Positions 1 to 8,417 of a stretch of 32,000 nucleotides of DNA are shown in pieces. Under the pieces are notes generated by a model. It saw nothing but the letters and a program-made list of their open reading frames with translations. It was not told where the DNA came from and made no database searches. The stretch is from positions 240,001 through 272,000 of the forward strand of contig NC_000917.1 of NCBI RefSeq assembly GCF_000008665.1. Direction: 5' to 3'. How positions within the stretch are numbered: position 1 is the first letter of the stretch; every line of letters starts with the position of its first letter. Source of the stretch: Archaeoglobus fulgidus DSM 4304. Its GTDB lineage: Archaea > Halobacteriota > Archaeoglobi > Archaeoglobales > Archaeoglobaceae. The translations under genes and the position numbers were made by a program.

Positions 1-483
1 GTAAACTTCCGGAAGCTTCGTCTCCGGAGTTTCCCCGTCGGTCATGACCACATACTTCTCCACACCTATAGACGGGGCTATAGCTTCGGCAATTGGAAGC
101 AAGGATTCATCAACGAATATCACCTTCGCACCGCTGTGGTTTGCAACATAGGCAATCTCCCTCGGATGCAGCCTCAGGTTCATCTCCAGAAGGACTGCTC
201 CGATCCCGGGAATGGCAAAGAAGAGCTCAAAGAATCTGTGAGTGTTCCAGCTCAGAACTCCCACTCTATCTCCAACATCGACCCCAAGCTCTTCGAGGAC
301 GTTGGCCAGTCTTGAAACTCTCTCGTAAGCCTCGCCATAGCTGTATCTGAACAGGCTCCCATCCAGGTTTCTCGAAACAACCTCCCTCTCTGGAAAATTC
401 GTGGCCGCATGTCTCAGTATGTTTGTAATGTTCAGCTGGTATTCATCCATCATTGTCGACGGAAAACCTCTTACAAAACGCAT
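1..483 (-). CDS. AMP-dependent acyl-CoA synthetase / fatty-acid-CoA ligase, N-terminal part (3' end lies beyond the window)
   Basis: Hand translation of the minus strand from ATG at 483 gives MRFVRGFPSTMMDEYQLNITNILRHAATNFPEREVV...YSYGEAYERVSRLANVLEELGVDVGDRVGVLSWNTHRFFELFFAIPGIGAVLLEMNLRLHPREIAYVANHSGAKVIFVDE. This is a typical FadD/ACS N-terminus. The frame stays open to position 1. It is missing from the ORF track because it runs off the edge. Alternative start MMDEY at 453. Confidence 0.75.
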   Translation of the reverse strand, partial: MRFVRGFPSTMMDEYQLNITNILRHAATNFPEREVVSRNLDGSLFRYSYGEAYERVSRLANVLEELGVDVGDRVGVLSWNTHRFFELFFAIPGIGAVLLEMNLRLHPREIAYVANHSGAKVIFVDESLLPIAEAIAPSIGVEKYVVMTDGETPETKLPEVY

Positions 484-534
484 GATTGATATTTACTAAA
501 CAATTATTTAAGATTGTTGCTTCTGAGGGCAAAG

Positions 535-548
535 CTTAAATTTCTATA
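535..548 (+). promoter_or_regulatory. Putative archaeal TATA box for tRNA-Asn
   Basis: The A/T-rich element cttaaatttctata is centred about 26 nt upstream of the tRNA 5' end at 567. Confidence 0.35.
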
Positions 549-566
549 CCGACAAGGAGAGCAAGA

Positions 567-639
567 GCCGCCGTAGCTTAGCTGGTAGAGCGTCCGGCTG
601 TTAACCGGACGGTCGCAGGTTCGAATCCTGCCGGCGGCG
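567..639 (+). tRNA. tRNA-Asn (anticodon GTT)
   Basis: A 73-nt cloverleaf folded by hand. Acceptor GCCGCCG/CGGCGGC, D arm GCTT-AGCTGGTA-GAGC, anticodon stem TCCGG/CCGGA with loop CTGTTAA, variable loop CGGTC, T arm GCAGG-TTCGAAT-CCTGC, discriminator G. CCA is not encoded. A T5 run follows at 652-656. Confidence 0.92.
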
Positions 640-672
640 TATTGTCGCCGGTTTTTGTGAACCTTTTCAATT

Positions 673-1929
673 TTATTTAGAAACCAAAACAGCAAGTAAA
701 GTAACCACAACTCTGGTAAGGCTGATAGCTGCTACAAACAAAAACATCCAGAATATCCACTGCAGGCTAATCGCGGAAAGCAGGCAGAAAATCATGATCA
801 GAAAAATCCTCTCATCCCTTTTTCCGGGAATGTAGTTCAGCACGCGAAACTTTCCGAATATGCTCTCTCCGAACTCCGCCTTGTACTTCTCGGAGGTGTA
901 GCTGACCATCACACTCCCGAAGATCGCAAACATAGCTACGGTTGCCGTTTTTGGATACAGGAGAGCGATTATTGCGAGAAAAAGGAAATCGACGAACCTG
1001 TCCAGAATTGAATCAACATACCCGCCTTTTTTGGACATTTTCAGTGAGGCTCTTGCTATCTCCCCATCACACCCGTCGAGAATTGAGGAGAACTGGTACA
1101 GCAGGCCTGCTAAGGGAATCGAAAAAAAGCTTGCTAAGGCGGAAAAAGCTCCGACAAGGAAAGAGATAAGAGTCATCTGGTTGGGGTTGACTTTATTAAC
1201 GATGGCTGCCGAAATTCTCGTCGAGATTTTCCTGTTGATTTTCCTTGAAATAAACCCGTCCCCGGAGCCCTTGACTGCAGCAGACACCAAGGCTCTATTA
1301 GCCCTCCTAACGTCCTCCTTTGTGTCCACATCCATCCATAGCTCCCCATCAACGTAAGTTACAGGCAGTCTGGCGAGTTTAACAATCTCGCTCAGCGGTA
1401 TCTCCTCCCTGTCTCTGAGCTTTTCAGCATGCTCGAAGATTGAATCATCCAGGACGAAAAATCCAGTGTCAACGCAGTCAAACTCCCTCAAATCTTTGCC
1501 GATCTTCGCCACTCTGCCGTCCTCCACTCTAATCTTCGTGGCCTCCCCAATGTCGACAAACCTCGGCTCTCTGTCCGCTATAACCCCTTCCCCCCTCACA
1601 GCCTTTTCGATGAACTGCTGGCTGTACACGTGGTCGCCCATGGTCAGAATGAACCTGTCCTCTACATGGTTTTTGGCAACAAGCAGGGAGTAGCCGTTTC
1701 CCTTCTCGGGCCTGTCATGCCTGACTATCTTGTAATTGAAACCCTTATCCTTCAAAAACGCGTCGATGTCATCAGCGTAGCGACTTGCCACGATTATGAA
1801 CTCCGAAACGTGGGGGGAGAGGAGCTTCATGGTTCTTAAAATTATTTCACAGCCACCAACTCTGACCAAAGGCTTTGGAACACCACCAAGCCTCGTGCCC
1901 AATCCAGCGGCAAGTATAACCGCCTTCAT
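673..1929 (-). CDS. Bifunctional CTP:inositol-1-phosphate cytidylyltransferase / di-myo-inositol-phosphate-phosphate synthase (IPCT/DIPPS)
   Basis: The N-terminal sugar-nucleotidyltransferase motif is [21 protein letters not shown]. The C-terminal membrane domain carries the CDP-alcohol phosphatidyltransferase motif [31 protein letters not shown] chose the start at ATG 1929. The 490-aa track ORF extends 72 codons further, across the fen start. Confidence 0.85.
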   Translation of the reverse strand: MKAVILAAGLGTRLGGVPKPLVRVGGCEIILRTMKLLSPHVSEFIIVASRYADDIDAFLKDKGFNYKIVRHDRPEKGNGYSLLVAKNHVEDRFILTMGDHVYSQQFIEKAVRGEGVIADREPRFVDIGEATKIRVEDGRVAKIGKDLREFDCVDTGFFVLDDSIFEHAEKLRDREEIPLSEIVKLARLPVTYVDGELWMDVDTKEDVRRANRALVSAAVKGSGDGFISRKINRKISTRISAAIVNKVNPNQMTLISFLVGAFSALASFFSIPLAGLLYQFSSILDGCDGEIARASLKMSKKGGYVDSILDRFVDFLFLAIIALLYPKTATVAMFAIFGSVMVSYTSEKYKAEFGESIFGKFRVLNYIPGKRDERIFLIMIFCLLSAISLQWIFWMFLFVAAISLTRVVVTLLAVLVSK

Positions 1930-1951
1930 CAATTTTATTCTTCCTGCAAAG

Positions 1952-1963
1952 ATTTTTAAGTAT
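1952..1963. promoter_or_regulatory. Single A/T-rich TATA-like element shared by divergent IPCT/DIPPS and fen
   Basis: atttttaagtat lies in the 52-bp divergent spacer. Its centre is about 25 nt from the fen ATG (1982) and about 28 nt from the IPCT/DIPPS ATG (1929). Confidence 0.35.
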
Positions 1964-1981
1964 TCTCCGTCAACATTTATC

Positions 1982-2992
1982 ATGGGTGCGGATATTGGTG
2001 ACCTCTTTGAGAGGGAAGAGGTCGAGCTTGAGTACTTCTCAGGAAAGAAAATTGCCGTTGATGCTTTCAACACGCTATACCAGTTCATCTCGATAATAAG
2101 GCAGCCTGACGGTACGCCGTTAAAGGACTCACAGGGCAGAATCACCTCTCACCTTTCCGGAATCCTATACAGAGTCTCCAACATGGTCGAGGTGGGAATC
2201 AGGCCGGTGTTTGTATTCGACGGAGAGCCACCGGAGTTCAAGAAGGCTGAAATTGAGGAGAGGAAAAAGAGAAGGGCTGAGGCAGAGGAGATGTGGATTG
2301 CGGCTTTGCAGGCAGGAGATAAGGACGCGAAAAAGTATGCTCAGGCTGCAGGGAGGGTTGACGAGTACATTGTTGACTCCGCAAAGACGCTTTTAAGTTA
2401 CATGGGGATTCCCTTTGTCGATGCCCCGTCTGAAGGAGAGGCGCAGGCTGCTTACATGGCAGCAAAAGGCGATGTGGAGTACACAGGAAGCCAGGATTAC
2501 GATTCTCTGCTCTTCGGAAGCCCGAGACTCGCCAGAAATCTCGCAATAACGGGAAAAAGGAAGCTTCCCGGCAAAAATGTCTATGTGGATGTAAAGCCGG
2601 AGATAATAATTCTGGAAAGCAACCTCAAAAGGCTGGGTTTGACGAGGGAGCAGCTCATCGACATAGCGATTCTGGTCGGGACGGACTACAATGAGGGTGT
2701 GAAGGGTGTCGGCGTCAAGAAGGCTTTGAACTACATCAAGACCTACGGAGATATTTTCAGGGCACTCAAGGCTCTGAAAGTAAATATTGACCACGTAGAG
2801 GAGATAAGGAATTTCTTCCTGAATCCTCCTGTGACTGACGACTACAGAATAGAGTTCAGGGAGCCTGACTTTGAGAAGGCCATCGAGTTCCTGTGCGAGG
2901 AGCACGACTTCAGCAGGGAGAGGGTCGAGAAGGCCTTGGAGAAGCTCAAAGCTCTGAAGTCAACCCAGGCCACGCTTGAGAGGTGGTTCTGA
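1982..2992 (+). CDS. fen: Flap endonuclease 1 (FEN-1)
   Basis: 336 aa. [47 protein letters not shown]...[12 protein letters not shown]...[32 protein letters not shown]...LVGTDYN are the canonical XPG-N/XPG-I motifs. Start at ATG 1982; the track ORF begins 62 codons upstream. Confidence 0.95.
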
Positions 2993-3495
2993 TGCACGAA
3001 AAGGATGTCAGCTACGAGGTGGCGGTGATAACGGTTTCCACAAGCCGATATGAGAGACACGGGGAGGTGAGGGGCGTTGAGAAAATCCCGGAAGATGATG
3101 CTTCCGGGAAGCTGCTCGTGGAGAACTTCAACGCTTCCCAGTATTTCCTCGTTCCCGATGACGTAATGCGAATTCAGAAGGCTGTTCTGGAAGCCCTTGT
3201 GAGAGCCGACGTCTGCCTGATAACCGGAGGGACGGGATTGAATCCGAGAGACGTGACAATCGAGGCCGTAGAGCCGCTGTTTACCAAAAAAATTGAGGGT
3301 TTTGGGGAGCTTTTCAGGATGCTTAGCTACCAAGAAGTCGGCTACTCGGCAATTCTTTCGAGAGCAACAGCGGGTCTTGTAAATGACAAGGCAGTCTTCT
3401 GCCTGCCGGGCTCAAGCAAGGCCGTAAGGCTTGCAGCAGAGATAATTAAAGGCTCCTTGAAGCACATTCTGAGCCACGCTAAGGGGATGAGCTGA
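2992..3495 (+). CDS. moaB: Molybdenum cofactor biosynthesis protein MoaB/MogA family
   Basis: ITGGTGLNPRDVTIEAVEPLF...LSRATAGLVNDKAVFCLPGSSKAVRLA is the MoaB/MogA-type MoCF domain. ATG 2992 overlaps the fen stop (TGATG). An in-frame GTG at 2983 is an alternative start. Confidence 0.85.
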   Translation: MHEKDVSYEVAVITVSTSRYERHGEVRGVEKIPEDDASGKLLVENFNASQYFLVPDDVMRIQKAVLEALVRADVCLITGGTGLNPRDVTIEAVEPLFTKKIEGFGELFRMLSYQEVGYSAILSRATAGLVNDKAVFCLPGSSKAVRLAAEIIKGSLKHILSHAKGMS

Positions 3496-3652
3496 AGAAT
3501 ATCCCCTTCTTCTTCATCAGCCTCCTTGAGCCGCAAAATGGGCAGTAAAGGTTCGGAATGTGAAGGGGGCCTGAGTAGCTTGTTGTCCTTCTGATGTTGA
3601 GGTCGAACTCCGAGCCGCATCTTGCACAGTAGATGTTTTCAAGTTTGGTCAT
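3479..3652 (-). CDS. Small zinc-ribbon protein (57 aa), hypothetical
   Basis: Hand translation: MTKLENIYCARCGSEFDLNIRRTTSYSGPLHIPNLYCPFCGSRRLMKKKGIFFSSSP. It has two CxxC pairs, starts 25 nt downstream of the EamA stop on the same strand, and overlaps the moaB 3' end by 17 nt. Not in the ORF track, which lists nothing shorter than 60 aa. Confidence 0.45.
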   Translation of the reverse strand: MTKLENIYCARCGSEFDLNIRRTTSYSGPLHIPNLYCPFCGSRRLMKKKGIFFSSSP

Positions 3653-3676
3653 AAGGCAACCTTCTCGTGAATGGAT

Positions 3677-4507
3677 TTATCTTTTTCTGACGACGATGTA
3701 AATTCCCAGCAGCACGAGGCCAGAGCCTGCAACGGTTCTGAGCGTGAGGGGCTCGGCAAGCAAAATGTTGCCTGCGAGCAGCGACACGACGGGAATGGCG
3801 AGAAGGAATACCGACGCTCTTGAAGCCTCCTCCTTTTCGAGGAAGTAGTACCACCCGAGGTAGCCGAAAAAGGTGGAGAATATCCCAAGGAATACTATAG
3901 AGCCGATGAGGTTGAGGTCTCCGCCCAGAGAGCGAATCGAGTCGGGAAGGAAGGGATAAAGCGGGATTGAGCCGAGAACCATCGCGTTGCTTGTCAGCGT
4001 TATAGGGTTGTACTTCGAAAGCAGACTCTTTCCGAATGTAGTGTAGATTGCCGCAGCGACAGTGCTTACCATTACGAGCGCTATTCCGTAAATGTTGGCG
4101 TAGGAAGGCTCTGATATCACCACAACACCGAGGAAGGCAATGATTATCCCAACAACCTTGCTGTACGTTATCCTCTCCCTTAGAAAAATCGCGGAAAGGA
4201 TAAGGACGAAAATTGGGGCGAGAGAAATCACGACGCTCGCAACTCCCGACGAAATGTAAACCTCACCGAGGTTCAGGAAGACGTGGTAAACGGACACGCC
4301 GAAAATGCCCAGAGCAAACACCTTCGGCAAGTCCTTCCATTTTATTCTCTTTCCTAAAATAATAATCACGGCAAAGAGTGTATTGGCGATGGCAAACCTT
4401 AATGAAGCAATCGCGATTGGGGACAGAAACCTTACGGAGTACTTTATGGCCGTAAAGGCTAATCCCCAGAATGTTACGGTTAAAGCAAGAACGATCCACT
4501 TCTTCAT
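3677..4507 (-). CDS. EamA/DMT-superfamily transporter
   Basis: 276 aa with about 10 predicted hydrophobic helices. The N-terminus WGLAFTAIKYSVRFLSPIAIASLRF is typical of duplicated EamA domains. Confidence 0.85.
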   Translation of the reverse strand: MKKWIVLALTVTFWGLAFTAIKYSVRFLSPIAIASLRFAIANTLFAVIIILGKRIKWKDLPKVFALGIFGVSVYHVFLNLGEVYISSGVASVVISLAPIFVLILSAIFLRERITYSKVVGIIIAFLGVVVISEPSYANIYGIALVMVSTVAAAIYTTFGKSLLSKYNPITLTSNAMVLGSIPLYPFLPDSIRSLGGDLNLIGSIVFLGIFSTFFGYLGWYYFLEKEEASRASVFLLAIPVVSLLAGNILLAEPLTLRTVAGSGLVLLGIYIVVRKR

Positions 4508-4538
4508 GCCGTCAAAAAAGGAAGGGGGTTAAAAAAGA

Positions 4539-6332
4539 TTAGGTAACCGCAGCAGCATCTACAGCCACGCAGGCCTTGTCGTATATCATGCCGAACTTCC
4601 ATTTGGCCTCTGAAATCAGAACCAGGTCTGCTTTCCTGTTGTTTACAAATTCGCTGCCAAGCGAAAGACGCAGGGTGGTGAAGCCGGATGGATAGATTCT
4701 GTCGTAAACCTTCTGCCAGTCGTTGGTGTTGTAGTTCCAAGCGTAGATTTCAAGACCATCGTTCTGGTCGGCAACGGTTAGCATGATGTTCGCAGAACTC
4801 TGCACATTGAATCTGAGGTGGATGGTAGCATAGTTCGGATTCCCAGCGTATGCCTTAACGCACTGCTCAACGTAGTTGCCGTCCGCTTCAGAAAGCTTCT
4901 GGAGATCAGCGGAATCGAGCATCTTTTCCTTGTCGATTATGGGCGCCCCGTAGTTGATCGGCTTCCAGGAGGGACCAGCAACATCTCCTTCGGTGTCCTT
5001 CCACGCCTTATCGAGGCCAGCTGGCTGGTATTCTGTTGTAAGCTCCCAGTGAGCCCATGGGTCTGTGTACATTCCGTAAAGGCTCCACAACTCTAGGTTG
5101 GACAAGTCGAACAGAGTTCTTGTTGCAGCAACTGGCACGTTTTCGTCCTCTCCGTAGTAACCGTAGTTCGGTGGGTGGAGGTAGTCAATTAGCTCCTTCC
5201 CCTTTTCGACGTCTATGCTGCCGTAACTGTCCAGAATTAGTCCTGTTAAAGTCTCGTACCTCCAGAGCGAGTCCTTAACGGCGTAGCTTATGGTCGAGTA
5301 CATCTCCGGAACTATGTAGTGGTTTGCCACGACAACCAAATCGTCCTTGTCCTCAATCTGCTTTGGAAAATCGAGTGACTCGGCCCATTCGGGGTAGCGG
5401 TAGTCCATGTATCTCACTGCAAACTTGTCTGCAGAAACTTCAAGCACCGCTCCACCCTTCTCTCTACCCTTTCCATCTCCGACAATGTAAAGCCACGGTA
5501 CGCCCCTCTTTGAACCCTTAACCATGTTCACAGCATCGCTTAGCTCATCGGCATACTGCACAACCTGTCTCGCGGTGAGCAAGCACCCCATTCCGGAAAC
5601 GAATGGCTTTGTGTCCATTGCAGGAACCATGTCCATGCCTATGGCTATCCCCGCGGAGCTCATTGCCGCAGTCACACCAACGAAGCCAGGTGCGGATACG
5701 CTCACGAATCTGTGACCTCTATCGGGGTACTGCTCTATCAGCAGTGCAACCTCGTGGAAGACCTCGGGGTTGAACATGAAGCTCCTGCCCATCAGCACTC
5801 TGCCGTCGGAGGTGGCATCATCCATCGCCACGAACCCATCGCAGGCAACGCCTTTCTTATCCTGCCATGCAACGATGGGAGTGGCTATCGGATAGGCGAT
5901 GCTCAGTATGACGTCGAAACCCATGTTTAGCAACAGAACATCATCGTAATCCACATCGTAGCCAGCGTCTCTCGCTCCGTCTGCAATCCCTCTCATCTCC
6001 TCTCTGAACTCTGAAGGGACATACTTCTCATTCCCCTTTGCAACCTCCTTACCCAGCTTCAAGAGACCCGGAATCAAATCTTCCGGAATGTCGTAACCGG
6101 CAAGCACAGATTTAACGAACTCCTTGGTCATACTCTGAACCTCAGCCCCTTTAAGGCAGCCGTGCTGGTATCCCATCTCGTAGGGTGAGCCCTCGAGGTG
6201 CATCAGGTATTTGCCGTTTCCAAGGTCTGCGATGTAGCCTCTGGGGTCCTTTTCGCATGTTTTCACAATCTTAAACCCACCGGCAGTCCCCACTGCCAGG
6301 CACAGAAGCAGAGCTAACAGCAAGTACTTCAT
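4539..6332 (-). CDS. Secreted Ntn-hydrolase, peptidase C45 (acyl-CoA:6-APA acyltransferase-like) family, with extra C-terminal domain
   Basis: Signal peptide MKYLLLALLLCLAVGTAGG. Family-typical GSPYEMGYQHG. A putative autoprocessing nucleophile lies in GVACDGFVAMDDATSDGRVLMGRSFMF. About 130 extra C-terminal residues are of unclear fold. Confidence 0.6.
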   Translation of the reverse strand: MKYLLLALLLCLAVGTAGGFKIVKTCEKDPRGYIADLGNGKYLMHLEGSPYEMGYQHGCLKGAEVQSMTKEFVKSVLAGYDIPEDLIPGLLKLGKEVAKGNEKYVPSEFREEMRGIADGARDAGYDVDYDDVLLLNMGFDVILSIAYPIATPIVAWQDKKGVACDGFVAMDDATSDGRVLMGRSFMFNPEVFHEVALLIEQYPDRGHRFVSVSAPGFVGVTAAMSSAGIAIGMDMVPAMDTKPFVSGMGCLLTARQVVQYADELSDAVNMVKGSKRGVPWLYIVGDGKGREKGGAVLEVSADKFAVRYMDYRYPEWAESLDFPKQIEDKDDLVVVANHYIVPEMYSTISYAVKDSLWRYETLTGLILDSYGSIDVEKGKELIDYLHPPNYGYYGEDENVPVAATRTLFDLSNLELWSLYGMYTDPWAHWELTTEYQPAGLDKAWKDTEGDVAGPSWKPINYGAPIIDKEKMLDSADLQKLSEADGNYVEQCVKAYAGNPNYATIHLRFNVQSSANIMLTVADQNDGLEIYAWNYNTNDWQKVYDRIYPSGFTTLRLSLGSEFVNNRKADLVLISEAKWKFGMIYDKACVAVDAAAVT

Positions 6333-6397
6333 GAAAATTTAGAGCTATTAAAAAATATAAATTTTTTTGGTGATATACTTATAACAATAATGAGCAA

Positions 6398-6745
6398 CTA
6401 AAAGATCAATACCTCATATTCCTCTTCGATGTATCTTGCGATGCTGACGTGCCCGCTCAAGTCGGAGCAGACGTTTAAACCTTCCTTTTCCGCATCTTTC
6501 AGCGAACCCATTTTGGCTGAGCATGCCTTGCAGATGCAGTCTATCCAGCCCCTCTCCTTTGCCTACTTGTAGTGTTTTGAAACAATGCTGCCTTCGGCAT
6601 ATTTTAAAGGAATCACAGTCGCTTTGCCCTCTATTATCAGCTTTGCCTCGTAGCCTCTCTCGTTGAGTTCCCTTAGGTAAAGAAAGGCGTGGAGCATGCA
6701 CATTTCATCGTCATTAAAAAGAAAAATAGCGAGCTTCTTTGCCAT
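6398..6745 (-). pseudogene. DsrE/DsrF-like (COG2044-type) protein interrupted by an in-frame TAG
   Basis: MAKKLAIFLFNDDEMCMLHAFLYLRELNERGYEAKLIIEGKATVIPLKYAEGSIVSKHYK, then TAG (6563-6565), then AKERGWIDCICKACSAKMGSLKDAEKEGLNVCSDLSGHVSIARYIEEEYEVLIF and a stop at 6398-6400. Both halves are in the same frame (checked codon by codon). A GAGGTG SD lies 5 nt before ATG 6745, and the gene starts 9 nt after the prx stop. Confidence 0.6.
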
Positions 6746-6754
6746 CAACACACC

Positions 6755-7342
6755 TCAAATCTTCTTGTAGCAGAACCACCAGTCGTAGCAGCTGATATCT
6801 CCAGCCTTAGCCTTTTCAAGCCTCTCTTTTGCCTCAGCTTCGCTGATTGGTGGGGGAATAATCACAGCATCACCAACAAGCTCATTGTTGGGCCAGTTGG
6901 CAGGCATCGCAACACCGTTCTGGTCGCTGACCTGCAAAGCCTTCACAGCCCTAAGGATTTCGTCCATGTTTCTTCCCAGCTCCTGCGGGTAGTAGATTAC
7001 TGCCCTGATAACCGCCTCTGGATCAACGATGAAAACCGCCCTTACTGTGTTCGTTCCCTTGGCTGGATGAATCAAACCGAGCATCTCAGCGACTCTGCCC
7101 GTATCGTCGGCAATCACGGGGAACTCGATTTCGATGTCGAGCTTTTCCTTAATCCACTCTATCCATTTAATGTGCGAGAACACCTGGTCGATGCTAAGGC
7201 CAATCAGCTCGCAGTTAAGCTTCCTGAACTCGTCGTATCTATTCTGAAAAGCCACAAACTCGGTTGTGCAGACTGGAGTGAAGTCTGCAGGGTGGCTGAA
7301 CAGAACGAACCACTTCCCTTTAAAGGCTTCCGGCAGCTTCAT
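6755..7342 (-). CDS. Peroxiredoxin (archaeal Prx6/TDXH-type thiol peroxidase); 5' end apparently frameshifted
   Basis: [20 protein letters not shown] is the peroxidatic-Cys motif. The ORF from ATG 7342 lacks the conserved N-terminal hairpin. That segment is encoded upstream, split over two frames (see finding). Confidence 0.9.
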   Translation of the reverse strand: MKLPEAFKGKWFVLFSHPADFTPVCTTEFVAFQNRYDEFRKLNCELIGLSIDQVFSHIKWIEWIKEKLDIEIEFPVIADDTGRVAEMLGLIHPAKGTNTVRAVFIVDPEAVIRAVIYYPQELGRNMDEILRAVKALQVSDQNGVAMPANWPNNELVGDAVIIPPPISEAEAKERLEKAKAGDISCYDWWFCYKKI

Positions 7343-7500
7343 CCTGCCGTGTGTTGTAACGACTTCAATTTCCGGGAATTATCCCCCAAAAGCGGCGCCA
7401 AATCAATCACCTCCTCGTTAAAGAGATATTCTAAATTCTAATCAGACAATATAACCTTTTATTACGGAATTCGAACTTGAGATAACAAAAATGGAAAAAC

Positions 7501-8316
7501 TTAAAGTTTATTCTCCAGGATCCTCGCTATAACCTCGTCCCTCGGAGTTGCTGCTATCCTCGCCACCTTTTTCGGGTCGTGGCCCTGGCAGATTGCGAGA
7601 AGCTGGTTGTAGTCGAAAACCGGAATGCTGTAGTCAATCATCCCCAGCTTCCTCATCTCCTCCTGAGCCTCGTCCATCCACATCAGGCAGGTTATGCAGG
7701 AAACGACGATGCAGTCGGGATCGACTTCTTCCTTCATAGAATCGAGCTTCAGCTTGAGAAACTCCATCGCTGCTCTTCTGTTGTGCCTCGCGTAACCACC
7801 CGCCCCACCGCAGCACTGCTTGTCCCTCGTGAACGTCGGAACCTCGGCCCCAAGCGCCCTCGTCAGCTCCTTTAGAACCTGAGGATTCTCTGGATCGTCG
7901 AAGCCGAGGATGTTGCTCGGCCTGATGGTGTGGCAAGGAACCTGCACAACAGCCTTCGCCTCTCTCTCGAAAACTTCTGCGATTAGGTACATATCGAGCC
8001 TTGCGGAGCAGAGAAGGGATATTAATGTTGCATCGTAGTCTTTACCCTTTTCAACGTTTCTCCTGCAAGCGAAAACCACGACGTCCTTCACGTCAACATC
8101 AAGCAACCCCTCGTCTGTGAAGTTCTTGGCCTTCATCGAGATGGCTTTGGTTATGCATGAAGCTGCGCAAAGTCCACAAACCTTGCGCTTTCCGACCATC
8201 ACTGGCACCCCATCCTTCAGTTGCAGAGCATCGTGAGGACAGAGAGAAACGCAGATTCCACAGCTGATGCATTTGTTATAATCAACCAATATGGTCTTTG
8301 GAGACTCCTCTGGCAT
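7501..8316 (-). CDS. Iron-sulfur fusion protein: 4Fe-4S ferredoxin domain + MvhD/FlpD-like segment + HdrB-type CCG domain
   Basis: CISCGICVSLCP and CGLCAASC (ferredoxin-like). VVVFACRRN...LLCSARLD...VPCH (MvhD-like, degenerate). C-X39-CCG-X~36-CITC (hand count) fits the CCG-domain signature. Start ATG 8316; a TTG at 8340 is an alternative. Confidence 0.7.
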   Translation of the reverse strand: MPEESPKTILVDYNKCISCGICVSLCPHDALQLKDGVPVMVGKRKVCGLCAASCITKAISMKAKNFTDEGLLDVDVKDVVVFACRRNVEKGKDYDATLISLLCSARLDMYLIAEVFEREAKAVVQVPCHTIRPSNILGFDDPENPQVLKELTRALGAEVPTFTRDKQCCGGAGGYARHNRRAAMEFLKLKLDSMKEEVDPDCIVVSCITCLMWMDEAQEEMRKLGMIDYSIPVFDYNQLLAICQGHDPKKVARIAATPRDEVIARILENKL

Positions 8317-8417
8317 GCAAGGGAGTTTGAAATTAACCAAACTGTGTGGAAATATTTTGAAATCTTAAATAATAAACTGCAAAGAAACTAGTTGGTATTT
8401 AAAAAATTTTTTAATGG

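Noticed and set aside
1796-1981. A 62-codon upstream extension of the FEN-1 ORF (the 398-aa track ORF).
   Set aside because: FEN-1 proteins begin MG.(D/Q)IG. The extension overlaps the IPCT/DIPPS coding region on the opposite strand.
1930-2145. A 72-codon N-terminal extension of the IPCT/DIPPS ORF (the 490-aa track ORF starts at 2145).
   Set aside because: The extension runs antisense through the fen start and has no family similarity. The nucleotidyltransferase fold begins exactly at MKAVILAAG (ATG 1929).
6563-6565. The in-frame TAG read as a pyrrolysine codon.
   Set aside because: No pyl genes or Pyl-associated context appear in the window, and I know of no Pyl usage in this lineage. A nonsense mutation or sequence error is the simpler reading. 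This cannot be excluded without the whole genome.
6689-7441. A 250-aa plus-strand ORF covering the peroxiredoxin locus.
   Set aside because: It is antisense to an unmistakable Prx (PVCTTEF motif), and its translation has no recognisable features.
7548-7936. Three overlapping 63-100-aa ORFs (7548-7739 +, 7579-7875 +, 7634-7936 -) inside the CCG-fusion gene.
   Set aside because: These are Arg/Pro/Ser-rich alternative-frame translations of a gene with a clear Cys-motif architecture, and they have no independent support.
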